Assembly (NCBI GenBank): GCA_946965045.2
Contig: OX337232.1
Coordinates: 1,426,001-1,490,000, forward strand
Direction: 5' to 3'
From: Epithemia pelagica
Taxonomy: Eukaryota; Protista; Bacillariophyta
DNA: 64,000 nucleotides
In this document: positions 43,887 to 56,982 of the stretch, in pieces
Layout: each line of letters opens with the position of its first letter
Numbering within the stretch: the first letter of the stretch is position 1
Translations under genes and position numbers: made by a program
The notes under the pieces: model-generated
Told to the model about the DNA's origin: nothing
The model's input: only the letters and a program-made list of their open reading frames with translations
The model's database searches: none

Positions 43887-45785
43887 ATGAACATGCAACA
43901 ACGACGATCAGCTTATCCGTCGTCAGAACTGTTTCCAATTACTCCTCCACCATCTTTACCAAGAAAGCGACATTATTACTCCGGAGATCATCATGTCGTC
44001 TTACCTCCTCAGGCACCAATCATAATAGGAGGACCTCACTTCATCGGCGATAGATTGCACCGTCAAATTCGACATCCATTTGATCGTGGTGATGAGCATA
44101 TAATGAGTGAACCTGAACCAATATCGGTTCATGAAAATGATGTTTTAATGGGGAGGTAAGATCGGTGAAACAGAGTCTGTAAAGGTAATTCGAAAGCATA
44201 TTTCTCAACATCCTTGACCACCAATGGTTCTAATGATGCCAAACAGAGGGGGCAAGAACAACCAACATTCGGGCAATGAAAAACTTCGCGAACTCGCTAG
44301 GGAACAAAGTGCAAACTACAGGGAATCAACCAAAAAGGGGAAATCGGCCATATCCAGAGATCTTGTTCAGCAAATGCGAGAAATGGCTCCACCGGCACGG
44401 TAGGTGGCGGTACTAACGCGGCGATATTGGTGTGCCAACGAGATGATCACTCAGTCTTTCTTTTTTCGACAAACGGTAGATTTTTGAAACGCAACACAGC
44501 GACAGGGGAATGGGAAGACGTGGGGGATGACGTCGCCCGAGAAAAGGCTAGTCAAGTACTGCGGGACGCTGTGGCACTTCTACCAGAGGAGCAACAAGCT
44601 AACAAAGTATATGATGATGACGACGACGGTGAACCCATTGCAGTTCACACTGCATCGGCTGCAGGTGCTCCTGCTGTATCCACAGAGGTAACGCAAGATG
44701 AAATGGATCACAAACCTTTGTCGGGCACTCTAGACCAGCAACACGTCACACCAAACATTTCTGTTACATCCTCCTTCCCACCCGCGTCACCCTTGGAGCC
44801 ATCGTCGAGGAAACGACAACGACATTACTACCAGCATGCTGAGTATGCCGCACCATACCCTTATCGACATGATATGTACCATCCACGCGAGGGATATGTC
44901 AGCGATAGCCCCACCCATAGAAACCGCTACGATGTCCCACCATATATGTACACTCACCCATACAACGATTATCGAAGGGAAGATGGCCGCCAAAGCCCCG
45001 CAAGTATGCAGAGCCATCATCAACCTCAACACCCTTACTATGGCGCCCCTCCCCACGAGCTACCTCCTCCACATCATCAGAGACGCAGTACTGGCACCAG
45101 TTTTGATTCCCCTCCACGACGGTCAACTGAATATCACCAAGCACCGCGATACTGGAGAGCGCATTCGTATCCCGGTCAATCAGGGTACTCAAGAGATTTT
45201 ATGCCACCGCCAACACGGGCATCACAGAATTCTCCTCCTCGAACACAATCTTCGTCATCTGCTTCCAGGCAGCAGCATCTTCCACCACCATCACATGCAA
45301 ACGCACCCTACGGTCACCATCATGGTCGTGGGTCACAGTATTACCATCCACCACCTCATCATCATTATCATCATTCTTCCCTGCCACAACAACACCCACA
45401 GTCTCCACTCGTGAGACGTCCAGCTGCAGGCAACGTTCATCGACAAGCCTCAGCGGCATCGGCTCACAGTCTTCTAGGTGATGTAGCCGATGGCATTACT
45501 GACTTTGACTTGTTTAATGGAGAACTTCTTTCGGGGAACACCGCCGAAGCTAGCAGTCCCAGACAGCCCTATCCATATCATCCACCACAACGACCTGCTG
45601 CAACTAGAGACCATGACTTCCATCGATCTTGGCAGCAGGAACCACAACGCCCACCGCCAATCCATCGCCATACAACGAGAGAGCACCAACCTTCACCTCC
45701 TCGTGAACCAGTCAGTTCCAGGCAGCTGGAAGAACCGCAGATTAAGAGCCCCCCAGACATAACCGCATCGACGCACAATAACTAA
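43887..45785 (+). CDS. DUF6824-type protein with His/Pro-rich tail; introns 44156-44246 and 44400-44479
   Basis: Spliced product reads NDVLMGRGGKNNQHSGN...K..ISRDLV...PPARFLKR...WEDVGDDVAREKASQVLRD. Confidence 0.8.
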
Positions 45786-47063
45786 CTGTTCAATTCAAAC
45801 CATTTTCTTGCAGATGCCGAAATCACAGAGATTTTTAGAGGGAGCCGCTCGTTCAACAATCAGCTCCACCCATCATTGTTCGGAAATGGGGCTCCTTCGA
45901 CGAAATGAGATTGAACTGTCTCTGTAGTGGTAAAGGGGGTCATTTTCGTTGCATCCTCATGCGATCACTTGCTCATGCGATCACTTACAAAGATCCGCCT
46001 TCTCGCAACGTGTCTGAGTTGTTATCGAGCAGCGTTCCAATTCCAAACTGCCATGAATGCAGGATGGTTCATTGCTCATTGCTTTCTGTCAAATTGGAGG
46101 GGCGACGTCAACATGAGCAAAGGCCAGACCGGCGTCGCAACACACATGCCTCGTCATGTGAGAAACGCATAACTTTGATACTCACAATGGACTTGCTCAT
46201 GATTACTGAAAGGATGGGTGATCTTTAAGACAAAGTTGTGAAATGGAACGAATCGTGTATTCCTTTTTGGCCAAGATCCTGTCGTGAATCTACCTTCTTC
46301 CGAATCAAAGAGCGAGTGTAGAACGGTTTCACGAATGAAGCACCTTCCGTTTGATCAACAGCCATTTTACTACAACCAGCAATATCTTACCAGTGTCTCT
46401 CAGCACTGCATCTTTCATTCATCCAAATGGCTCCCACATGGGTGACAAGCAAGAGCTGTAGATTGCAAAACAACCAACGCATGTCAGGAGCTGCTGTCAG
46501 CACGGTGCTCAGGGAAGATTCCCTCAATTCTTCTCAACAAATTAATCGCGCAACTCACTCTTTCCTTTATACATCCTGCTCTCATGCCAACCTGAATGAT
46601 GGCATTGCCTCCACCGTACTTGGAATTGTTGTTGCGTGTTGGTCTCCTATGCTTTTGATCCCATTCTTGAAGAACCACACATCCAACAGTGGTCGGAGTT
46701 GCACTGGACGGAGACGTGCAGCGGCTTGGACATTGTTGGCATCATTTTTAGACCTCCCTTATGGGGAGTATGCTGATTTTAGTACGATTTTATCAAAGAT
46801 ATAGGGATTGAGCCCTGGTAATTGTTTAGTCCTCAGCGGTCTCATAAATAGGAGAGATTGTTCGTATTTTTTATGTATCTATTACTTCAAAACTCAAAGA
46901 TGGGTTGTAACGAAATCCAGCGCTGTACTCTCAAGAGAGCGTCGTTCGACCACCGTCGAAGTTCCAACACGGAACGATATAACATAACATCTTTGTGCGT
47001 TTGAGGACCACTTCTCCAGAGGGACAATGTTTGATGATCCTTCGTTGGAGAAGGGCTCGAACA

Positions 47064-48125
47064 ATGGCTCCGAGAAAGCGTAAGATCAGCAGTGTCACTG
47101 CTTCTGACGAAGCGACCTCATCGTCGGCGATTGACGACGCACATGTCCGCCAACGGATTGGTACCCTCCTGGAACGTCATGGAATACCCAATGGCTCCAA
47201 ACATACAACCAAGGCAGGATGGTGTTTACGAGAAGGCCTTTGCCATATTGGATCCCTCAACAACCAAGCTCTCCTACCTCGGATATTGCACCATGGACTT
47301 CCCACCTTTTACCTCAAGAAACAACAAGACGAAAATAAGAACATGTGTCGCCACGAAGCTACTCAAGATTTGAAGGATCCCAAGACATGTTTTCAATCAC
47401 TCTGTCGCATTGTTGCCGGCCAGTTTGTTTCTGGAAAGTCGGCTCAGGCCGCGTGGAGTCGTCTCCTGAATCTTGCCGATGGTAGCAACGGTGGCGACCT
47501 CACGCCAGAGCTTATTCTTGAACACAAGAATGATGTGGATCGTTTTCAAAAGGCGGCTGGTGTGACCAAGGCCAAAGCCAGATCCATTTTGGACTTGGCG
47601 CAGCATTTTTCCGATGGAAGGCTCTCGGATGAGTTTTTGCAAAGCAGTTCCAACAGCGAAGACGACTTGCGAAAGGCGTTGTTACGTGTTTGGGGTATTG
47701 GTGAATGGAGCTGTGACATGTTTTTGTTGTTTTATCTCGAACGTCCGAATATTTTACCCTTGGGAGATTTGGGCGTCCGCAAAGGCATTGCGAGTCAATT
47801 TTTTGCCAAACCGAGCAAACCGCTGTGTCCCAAAAAGGACCTATCCTTGATTCATTCAAGGTTAGAGAATTATGCTCCCTACTTTTCCTTGTTGTCGTAC
47901 TATATGTGGAGAGTAGCCGATACTCCAACGATTCCGCCAGCAAATCAAGAAGCTCAGGGGACTGGTGAGAGTGACAAAAAGCTCGAGACGACCACTCAAA
48001 AACATCCCATCGGCGCCACAGCTGTTATTGATGAAATGGATACACCTGAGGAAAGTCCCTCATTTTCAGGTACACCACGGCCACGGAAGAGTCCAAGAAA
48101 AAGAGGGAAAACAGTCACACCGTAG
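47064..48125 (+). CDS. DNA-3-methyladenine glycosylase, HhH-GPD (AlkA/MAG1) family
   Basis: FQSLCRIVAGQFVSGKSA, LLRVWGIGEWSCDMFLLF, PNILPLGDLGVRKG. Confidence 0.9.
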   Translation: MAPRKRKISSVTASDEATSSSAIDDAHVRQRIGTLLERHGIPNGSKHTTKAGWCLREGLCHIGSLNNQALLPRILHHGLPTFYLKKQQDENKNMCRHEATQDLKDPKTCFQSLCRIVAGQFVSGKSAQAAWSRLLNLADGSNGGDLTPELILEHKNDVDRFQKAAGVTKAKARSILDLAQHFSDGRLSDEFLQSSSNSEDDLRKALLRVWGIGEWSCDMFLLFYLERPNILPLGDLGVRKGIASQFFAKPSKPLCPKKDLSLIHSRLENYAPYFSLLSYYMWRVADTPTIPPANQEAQGTGESDKKLETTTQKHPIGATAVIDEMDTPEESPSFSGTPRPRKSPRKRGKTVTP

Positions 48126-49569
48126 AGCCTAGTTTGGAGACTGTTGTGGATGACCCAGGCCCGCGATGCCTCGAGTGGTGCATAACAACACCCCGACTGG
48201 GACAACGAGCCATTCGGGCTCACTCTCTTACTCGGAGAAATGTATTTTACATTATTTCGTCTACCCGACAAGGGTGTATGGAAGAAACCTTCACCCTTTC
48301 AGAGTTTTAGCATTACTGTGATTATGTCACTATATTGTGTGTTGGATTCTCTAGGCAAGAACATCAAACCCGTTTCTTGCAGTTCCCCCATCAGAAGTCC
48401 TTTTTGCTGCCTCACCTATGTGAAAGTTTCGTTGACTGGTCATGTTTGATCACCGCCATGGAGTATTGGAGATCGAGAGGTAATGTTTTTGTGAAGGAAG
48501 GATTGCACAGAATGCACTATTATTTGGGTGACACCTTAAGTCCGGATGACTGTCATAGTCATTACGAGTCACAAAAATTTTGGGGCAATTAAATTTCATC
48601 AACTCGGGGCAATTATTTGGACCCCGTTCCCTACCAACTTGAAACTTTCGATTTAACACTCTTTAAGATTCTTCTATCTTGTCATCTCTCCATTCCACTC
48701 CAACCTCAAACACAACCAAGAAGCGGAAAGCCACAACCCACGACATCATGCATCGTCGATCATCGATCACTTGATCATTCATGGTCGTGTTCTGACCAGG
48801 AGTGTTAGAAGTACCATTCTATCGACTCCATCAAACAAAGCTAGTCCGTCAAGACTGAAGATATATCTATAGCATTTTTGTCGTCTTCTTAACATTAATC
48901 CGTTCTGCGTTCTGCACATGTGGAAAAGAACCAAGGTAGTCGACCACTGAAACGGAATCCATCCACTCACGTTCCGACGAGCCAAAAATCACCCCGGTGC
49001 TGTCGACAGTCGAGGTGCAAAAGGGATTGCTTCATGGATATCTCCTATTCTCTGAAAATACGTCACTGAATGTCACTCATGGTCTTCTTTTCTGAGAGCT
49101 TGGTCTCTTTAACCGGAGGGCAAAGTGCTTGTCGCCATGTTGTGATATGCAGTTATTTCTCTGTGTATTGGATACGAGTACGAGGTACGAGTACGAGTAC
49201 GAGCTCGTATTCGATCGGTCTCGGTCTCAGTCTCAATCTCCCAAAAATGGCGATGGCTCATGGTTTTCTTGAATACGACTATGTGTATTAGTGTACTTTT
49301 CAAAGTTAGGCTTATATAGGAGGCAATTATGAGGTCGTCATTTCTGAACGTATTGTACAGATGGTAGATTGTAGCAATAGCACAGTAAAACATGTAATGC
49401 ATGTGGGATTAACACAATCCGTATGAAACACTCTGTCATGACAAAAGTATATTAGTGAGACCACGATTGGAACTAAAATTGGAGCAATCACCCAAAGAAC
49501 CTTGTCTCTTGATATAGCTGCCTGGTACTCATCGGCGATAGACTTGAAAGGAAGCAAAAGGCGAAGGAC

Positions 49570-50811
49570 ATGAGGATCTTTCGGCGCTCGTCTGGTTCCT
49601 TTGAGCCAAAGTCGAACAAGCACGGATTTGTGAATGGGCAAGAGCCTGTTCGTAACGTGGATTTCGATGGTGGTCAACGCAGTCATAAGTGTGTTGTTTC
49701 GTCCGACCTTGATCCAAAACACTTTGAACGACGGGAATCGGAAACTCCTACAGAAGCTTCGGATGAATCGTATCCTCCTTCTTCCAACATCAACAAGGGC
49801 ATGGGGCATCTTAACCCAGCCCATGACGGTCCTCAATCCATTAGTTCAAATCATGACGTTCTAAGGCAAAGCCCTGGCTCAAGAAGAAAGGTTGTTGTGA
49901 GACGAAGGAACTCACTGTCTTCTTCGCAAGAGTTGGCAAGCTCGCTTTACGGCAACAGCGAACCAGCTCCTCCTGTCGTCGACGAAAACAGTGAGCCGTT
50001 TTCTGGGAGTAACGCAAAGATGGTGAAAAAGCCATCGATCGTTAGGCGATTGAGTGGGTCGGCCGCCAGCACCCTCGGCTCCGTATCACCGAGACGAATT
50101 GCCAAGAGTGTCGGACAGTCCAATCCTAGTCACGATGGTTCTCAATCCCCTAGTTCAAATCATCACGTGTTGAGGCAAAGCCCTGACTCAAGAAGAAACG
50201 TACCTGTGATAAGGAGGAACTCACTTTCTTCCTCGGAAGAATTGGCAAACTCGCTGTACGGCAACAGTGAGCCAGTTCCACCCGTTGTCGAAGACAACAG
50301 CGAACCGCTGCCTGGGAGTGACTCAAAGATGGCTAGAAAGCCATCCATGGTTAGGCGATTGAGTGGGTCGGCGGCCAGCACCTTGGGATCCTTATCACCG
50401 AGACGAACGGCCAAGGGTGGTGCAGACTTTTTAAGTCCAAAGAAGCGACATGCATCGATCCATCGTAGCTCTGGGTCCATCGCACTGGCGATTCCTCCGT
50501 CACCTGGCATGGCAGGACCACAACCAACGCGTAGAAGTTCCCTCGGGCCTGGATGCGATAGCAGAATTGCACACGGGATTGCACTGGCACAAAAGCAAAA
50601 GGAGGAATTACCACGTCCACCAATGCATCCACTTACAAGTACGGGAACCACCCCTACTGCGACAAGTCCACGAGGAAGGAGAATGCGGCAACGTAAGAAC
50701 AGTCTAACAACCAAGCCGACGAGGATCCAACGTCAGGCCAGCATCAGCACCGTCTCGGGTGGAGGCGACAGCGAAGAGTTCCTTCAACTGAATTTTGCCG
50801 AGGTGGTATAA
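49570..50811 (+). CDS. Ser/Arg/Pro-rich disordered protein with an internal 103-aa duplication
   Basis: 413-codon ORF with a repeat period of 309 nt (49813 / 50122). Confidence 0.65.
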   Translation: MRIFRRSSGSFEPKSNKHGFVNGQEPVRNVDFDGGQRSHKCVVSSDLDPKHFERRESETPTEASDESYPPSSNINKGMGHLNPAHDGPQSISSNHDVLRQSPGSRRKVVVRRRNSLSSSQELASSLYGNSEPAPPVVDENSEPFSGSNAKMVKKPSIVRRLSGSAASTLGSVSPRRIAKSVGQSNPSHDGSQSPSSNHHVLRQSPDSRRNVPVIRRNSLSSSEELANSLYGNSEPVPPVVEDNSEPLPGSDSKMARKPSMVRRLSGSAASTLGSLSPRRTAKGGADFLSPKKRHASIHRSSGSIALAIPPSPGMAGPQPTRRSSLGPGCDSRIAHGIALAQKQKEELPRPPMHPLTSTGTTPTATSPRGRRMRQRKNSLTTKPTRIQRQASISTVSGGGDSEEFLQLNFAEVV

Positions 50812-51736
50812 CAAAGTTAATAGACCACTCCTGGAAGAACCTACTTTATTACTTTGAAGACGATTCATGTTCTTAAGGGTCCTATTGCTCTAGAGGTCGA
50901 CGGTCGACTGTGATCATCGGTACTCCTAATCGTATATTTTATTTTTTGGGAAGATTACCTCTGGATATCCGGACTCTATGACCTAGAGACATCTTCTGGG
51001 GATGGTCTGTTGTGTCTTGTTGGATTGTTCGTTGTGCCCCCTCTTTCACGAAGCTCGAGTCCCCCCCCCCAAATCATAGGCACATATTTTGGATCTTTTC
51101 TGGATTTTGTGGGTCAGTCAAGCATGTCGCCATATTGACGATGCACCTTTTGGGTGAGATCGTGACAAGTCTCTCATTTATACCAGAGTAAGATGTTTCG
51201 TTCTCAAGAGGTCCAACGGTAATTGTTATCGGAACGACGGTATTTGACGAGCACCACCGTTCTTTCAAGGCGGGAGCTGGCGCCATACAGCAAAAAAAAA
51301 CAAAACCATTAGGGTAAGAAAACCATCTGCCGACAAGGTACCTACGTAGGTAGCCAAAGAAAGAGAGTGTGATGCTTTTCTCAATGCTTGATAGTAATTC
51401 CATAGCGTCTGCAATGACGAGAGATTATTCTTTGTGAGTTAACTGACTCAATACTTACGCTGGAACCAAAATTCCGTTCTCTAAAAACTCTGTTCTGACG
51501 CACAACATTGTCTTTTGTTCTTTCCAACGTGATGATGGAACATGATATCCTTGTCGTCGCAACAGGTTGGTTTCGTTTCATGTGAGGCGACCTGAGGATG
51601 TGTCAAAGACAGGCACCATCACGCTGAAACACATAAGCGAAATTGGAACCAAAAAACCTCATGATTGCCAAGTGGTTGTTTTCGATTACTTTTTGGTCAA
51701 TAAATCTGGTTCCATGACGTCTTCTTCTCTCCATTC

Positions 51737-52285
51737 TCATGTGGTTGGAGGATTTTTCCACTCGGGTGATTTGTTTCGATGACCCTGCCATTTCGTTTTG
51801 TCGTCATCGGGCATATTGATGCAGCGTTGATTGTAAAAGAGATGACAAGAATGCTGAAAGGAAGCAGGAATCCCATTTCCTTCTACCGTGAATCCAAACA
51901 ATGTAGCAAAGGCTAGCCACATGGATCGACCTTCATCGGCAATCGGGGTCCGGCAATGCGAGCAGCTCACCTTGACGGGTAAAATCCGTTCCTGAGCCTC
52001 TGAGCTGGACCACCCCCGATCTAATTCAGAGCTATAAAAATACAAATAGTCCAAACTTGACTCAACAGGGAATCGGACCTGATCTTTGGCAAATACGGAT
52101 ACCCATTCAAAGGGTGCTCCGTGAAGCTTCTGACATCCACGACAGTGGCATAACTTGGAGTTGAGTGGGTCACCCCGAACTTCATATTTGACTCTGCCAC
52201 AATGATAAGAAGCTTGATATACTGGCAACCGTGTTCCAATCACTTCTTGATCATGCGGAGCGGATCCAGACACACGGTCCGTCAC
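51737..52285 (-). CDS. GFA / CENP-V (Mss4-like) family protein; 5' end uncertain
   Basis: CHCGRV.Y, CHCRGCQKLHGAPF, CSHCRTP, HLFY. No in-frame ATG before the domain, so an upstream exon is likely. Confidence 0.82.
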   Translation of the reverse strand: MTDRVSGSAPHDQEVIGTRLPVYQASYHCGRVKYEVRGDPLNSKLCHCRGCQKLHGAPFEWVSVFAKDQVRFPVESSLDYLYFYSSELDRGWSSSEAQERILPVKVSCSHCRTPIADEGRSMWLAFATLFGFTVEGNGIPASFQHSCHLFYNQRCINMPDDDKTKWQGHRNKSPEWKNPPTT

Positions 52286-52823
52286 AGCAAATGCTCGGGT
52301 ATAAGGTGGTGAAGTTTTCCACGACGAGGGTGCAATTTCATTGGCCCATTGCCTGGGACAGTGAGCTCCTCAAAAGTATAATGATAGCGACAAAGCCGAA
52401 AGGAGACAGTCCGGTGATGGATCCCTTGCATTTCAAATATGTACACCGTTGACTTGTCATCGTCAAGATAGGTCAAGATCCTGCGGAAAATATCCGGGCT
52501 TTACGCCTAAGACTTCCGTCACGAGAACTGTTAAGACTGCAATTAGAAATTATTCAATATGAGCGCTAGAATGTAACTTTTTAGTCGCTGTAAAGTCGCT
52601 TTTAGTGGTCTCGGTCGATTGTGATGTGGTGTCTTTGTTGTTGCTGGATTTTTGACACCGTCATTCTTTCTGTACTGTCGTCAACCCAAAACCAGATTGA
52701 TCCAGTCAGTGTGGCCTTCCGTCTTCCGTCGTTGTTGTTGCATGCATATCTTTGGGTGTATTGGGTCTGTCGAAAGCAACCCGGAAAAGGCTTCTTGTGA
52801 TCTCGTCGAGAACTAAACATTTC

Positions 52824-53356
52824 ATGACCATGACGCTGAAAACATCCATTGTGGCCTTTGTATCCATTGCGCTGCTGTCTATGTGCACGGCGTTTTCTCC
52901 TTCCGTCGGAGGACACGGAGCAAGATCACGGACGACCACGACGTTGTTGTCCATGGCCATGAGTCCTCAGGTTCCACCACCCACACCGATGGATGCATCG
53001 TTGGTGGCCACGACGACGACGTCTACCAGTTCCTCCTCGTATACTCTTGTGGAATCTGGAGCGTCACCAGGGTCCATGTTGCTTGATACAGGAATTCGGG
53101 CTTTTTCGGAACGTTCTTCCTCAATGTCGCTTGCCTTGCAAGAGCGCAAGGTTCCCACTCAAGAAGAAATTGCGCAGAAAAAGTTGACCTTCAACGTTAG
53201 TACGTACACTTGGAGCAAGAGGTTTGGCGTTGTGCATGAATGTTGACTCACAATTGTCCTTTCTCGTTGATTTGTGTAGTCTTTTGGGGAGGTGGTTTTG
53301 TAGCACCCTTATTGGCTACTGTGTTTTATTTCGGTTTTCGATTCTGGGAAAAGTAA
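52824..53356 (+). CDS. Small plastid-targeted membrane protein; intron 53200-53279
   Basis: Signal peptide ending CTA-FSP and a Ser/Thr-rich transit peptide. Splicing joins ...KKLTFNV to IFWGGGFVAPLLATVFYFGFRFWEK*. Confidence 0.75.
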
Positions 53357-53762
53357 CCAAGTGTTATCCTTTAGTCACCTGTATTCCTGTGGAGGTGGTG
53401 ATGGTTGATGGTTGTTATTGTGTTTTTGTTTGACGCTTCACACCACGAAACGAATCAATGAATATACAACAAAAACACCCCTACCAATACACTAGACAAA
53501 CGACGGAAATTCAATGGGAACTCAGTTGACTGCTTCCAAACTGGGATTCTTGTTTGAAATTCATCTGTAAGTCAAGATTGATCACCACCATCCTGGCAAA
53601 CTAATTAGTAAATATGCGTATCTCTTAACAATTGGTGTCTTTTCAATAGGATATGCGAGGCCACCGGATTCAGTCCAAAGGTAGACTGGCAACTCACGCT
53701 TGATCTTCTCCGTATCTCATTTCTAGGAAGGAGCAGCGACGCACAACGCTTCAGGAAGGTTC

Positions 53763-55604
53763 CTAACTGACACGATTGTATGTGGTAAAAGAAGCGCCCG
53801 GATGCGGATGCCATTTCCCGCTTTTCGTTGTCTTGCTGCTTTGGTTCGTTTTGGTGGAAACTTCTTGTGGAATCGCCGCAAAGTTGCCTGTCGGAGAGGA
53901 GATTGCATGAGGCGGTACCGGAATGGCAGTACTGCTTCGAGTATCGTCACCCGGTACACCTCGAAGGTGGCGCAGACTGTGCCCTGCGGCCGCATGATTA
54001 TGCCCACTGCCAGAACCAAAACGTGGATTTTCTTCGAGAGAATGGTACTGATGACGGTAAAGATCTCGTTGTTCGTCAATTTCATCGTCATCATCGTCAT
54101 CCTCACGATACCCACCATACGACTCTTGGCGAATCAATGCGGTAGCCGAAGAAGATGCCGCATGGTCCACCACCATAATCTTGAATTGCTGTTCCATACT
54201 ATCGACGTTACTGTTATGATTCTCAGATGGAACGTCACTGTCGTGATGATCGTCTTCATTGACAGTTTCGTCATCCATGAGAAAGAAAGACGAGGACTGC
54301 TGTCGCAAGAGCACAGCACCAACGGGATCTTCAAGGCTTCGAATCGATGGACACTTGACCGACGATTGCGTGGTAACACGGAGAAAGTTTGGTGGTGTCA
54401 AGGGGCGTTGAGGTCCACCACCACCGCCGCCGCCGCCCAGACTACTGCTGCTGGTAAACAAGGATCGCCGTGAGGAAGATCGTGCCAGAAAGGCATGACG
54501 ATGATGATGGTGAGACAAGAGTCCATGAAATTCAAACTCAGCTGCTGTGGAGGCATGGGAAATGATTCCGGAGGTGGAATGTTGCGAGGCAAAGGATCGT
54601 TGTGACGCAAAGGATCGAAAGGATTCGGTGCGATCCAAGTACGCTTGGTTCTTGCTGGTGGTCGTACTGGTGGGACCGCTACTGGTGGGACCTCCTGTCC
54701 CTCCAGTTCCACCTCCACGAGTGGTTGTGGTACGCGTAGTGGTGGTAGTAGTACAGGTCGATCGCAAGGTGGTCAAAATGGCCACATTCGTGGAATTCAA
54801 TTTACGACGTCGTGCCGTTCCATGGGGACTAAAGGCTTGAGGAAGAATAATTCCGCCACAACTAGTCATGGCTGGGGCTGGATGGTATTGCAACGAGGAT
54901 GAAGATGGGGAGGAGGAAATCTTTGTGGGAGGAGCAGGTCCACGGTGTGGGGTGGATGGATTTGTGGTAGTCCCGTGACCGTCTTCCTGGTCGGCCTTGT
55001 GTTCTTCTTCATCATCATCGTAGTAGTCCTCCTCCTCTTGAGTAAGAATGGATTTCCAGGAAACAGACGATTCGGTGCGCTCGATGCTGTTGCTATAAAA
55101 GGGAGGGCGAGGATGCGGGACCGAGTGTGACATGGAAGAACTGGCCTTTGCAGAAGCTGGTTGGTTGGGTTGAGACGACACTAGTGGACTGGATTTTGAG
55201 GATCCTCCATTGTTGGAAGAGGAAGATAAGAGTGCAGGAGGCCGAGGTGATGTTTCCTCCGCACCCGAGTCTACTCTTCGACTGGGAGGAATGGCGGTGT
55301 TGACTCGTCTCATTTTGATCATGGAAGGCGATCGCTGTAGCGGTGGTGACACTGGAACCGCAAATTGACCAACGAGGAAAGTGCTGGAACGGCCTTCAGA
55401 CTGATGACTCTTCCTTCGATGCTGCTTCTGTTCTTCCTCTTCCTCCCGAATCGGGTGATAATCTTCCTTTGATTGATCAGGGACGAGCTGATCCCTGTGA
55501 TCAGCCTGTTGTATCTTTGAATATATTTGTGATGATGATGATCCAAGTTTTGTCCAGTTCTTTCGGGCTCCTTGTCGAAGATCACTGCGGCTGAACTGAG
55601 ACAT
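53763..55604 (-). CDS. Hypothetical low-complexity protein
   Basis: 613-codon ORF rich in Ser/Thr/Gly/His with acidic runs. No domain recognised. Confidence 0.6.
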   Translation of the reverse strand: MSQFSRSDLRQGARKNWTKLGSSSSQIYSKIQQADHRDQLVPDQSKEDYHPIREEEEEQKQHRRKSHQSEGRSSTFLVGQFAVPVSPPLQRSPSMIKMRRVNTAIPPSRRVDSGAEETSPRPPALLSSSSNNGGSSKSSPLVSSQPNQPASAKASSSMSHSVPHPRPPFYSNSIERTESSVSWKSILTQEEEDYYDDDEEEHKADQEDGHGTTTNPSTPHRGPAPPTKISSSPSSSSLQYHPAPAMTSCGGIILPQAFSPHGTARRRKLNSTNVAILTTLRSTCTTTTTTRTTTTRGGGTGGTGGPTSSGPTSTTTSKNQAYLDRTESFRSFASQRSFASQHSTSGIISHASTAAEFEFHGLLSHHHHRHAFLARSSSRRSLFTSSSSLGGGGGGGGPQRPLTPPNFLRVTTQSSVKCPSIRSLEDPVGAVLLRQQSSSFFLMDDETVNEDDHHDSDVPSENHNSNVDSMEQQFKIMVVDHAASSSATALIRQESYGGYREDDDDDDEIDEQRDLYRHQYHSLEENPRFGSGSGHNHAAAGHSLRHLRGVPGDDTRSSTAIPVPPHAISSPTGNFAAIPQEVSTKTNQSSKTTKSGKWHPHPGASFTTYNRVS

Positions 55605-55985
55605 TCCTTTTGTTTCTCATGTGTGCTTTCAGCAGCTGAGCTTTAACTTTGTAGTGTCAACTTTTCCGGTATCTCTTCCTCTTTGCGTCGTTCTCTTTGC
55701 AAAAAGTAAAACGTAGTGTCACTCGATGAGAGAAAGGAAGACAAAGTGTGACTGAAAACCATGACCGCAGGCGGATCAACCGCTCTTGGGTCGCTTATAG
55801 GTCATCTTTTCTATCGTCGATATTCAGGTCGCGGTTAATGCGTTGCATTCGTCATCGGATCGTCGACACCATTTTTTGGTTGCTCCCACGTTGCTTGTTG
55901 TTTGCCCCAAGGTAACAAACGAAGCCACCATTGCGCTCAGTTTCGAAAGAGACAGGCATTTCTCACCCACTCCTTCTTTCAAAAT

Positions 55986-56982
55986 ATGCGTGTTACAGCC
56001 GCTGTACTTTCCCTGTTGGTTTCATCCGCCAGTGCATTCCAACCTGTGACTGTTCCCAAACAACAACTTGTTCGCATGTCGGCGGCGGCCATGTCACAAG
56101 ACGAGCTCAAGAAACAAGTTGGATACAAGGCTGTCGATGATTATGTCAAGAGTGGCATGGTTGTCGGATTGGGAACGGGCTCTACTGCTTACTTTGCCGT
56201 TGAACGTGTTGGAGAAAAATTGAAATCGGGGGAACTTACAGATATTATTGCCATTCCAACTTCGGTCCGTACCAAGGAACAAGCCGAATCTTTGGGCATT
56301 CCTTTGGTTACATTGGACACGCATTCCAAATTGGATGTCGCCATCGATGGCGCCGATGAAGTTGATCCAGAATTGAATTTGACCAAGGGTGGAGGAGGCG
56401 CCTTGTTCCGCGAAAAGATTGTCGAAATTGTCTCGGATAAGTTTATTGTCATTGTAGACGAAAGCAAGATTTGCGACGGTCTTGGCCCCGGCTTCCCCAT
56501 TCCAGTAGAAATTGTTCCTTTCTGTCACGAACACACAATGCGTGTTATTGGTGCCCTTCCCAGTTGCGCTGGATGCAAACCAGTCTTGCGCATGGGATCC
56601 TCGGCCAACAACCAAATCGACGGGGACGAAATTGCTGTCACGGTACGTACACGACTACCAACAGTTGCGGCCTTTTGATGCATATATCATCGCAATTGGT
56701 TGATACGGGTTCATTGTCGGTTCGGCGTGCAGCGTTGGGCCATTTTTTGTAAATGAAAAACCATCACCTGACACATGCGCACGTTTATTGTTGCTTTCGT
56801 GATTTCAGGACAATGGAAACTACATTGTTGACCTTCACTTTGATGAGCCAATCAAAGACCCCAAGACCATGGCCGTAGAACTCAAGAATGTAGTAGGGGT
56901 TGTCGAACATGGTCTCTTTTGTGGTATGGCAACAGCTGTCATTATTGCTGGCTCAGATGGAATTAGTGTAAAGGAAGCTTAA
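55986..56982 (+). CDS. RPIA: Ribose-5-phosphate isomerase A, plastid-targeted; intron 56643-56808
   Basis: SASAF presequence, GLGTGST, IDGADEV, KGGGG, and spliced VT|DNGNY...GVVEHGLF. Confidence 0.95.

Noticed and set aside
49173-49230. (TACGAG)n run with a short inverted arm
   Set aside because: Microsatellite-like, too short, and no spacers (not CRISPR).
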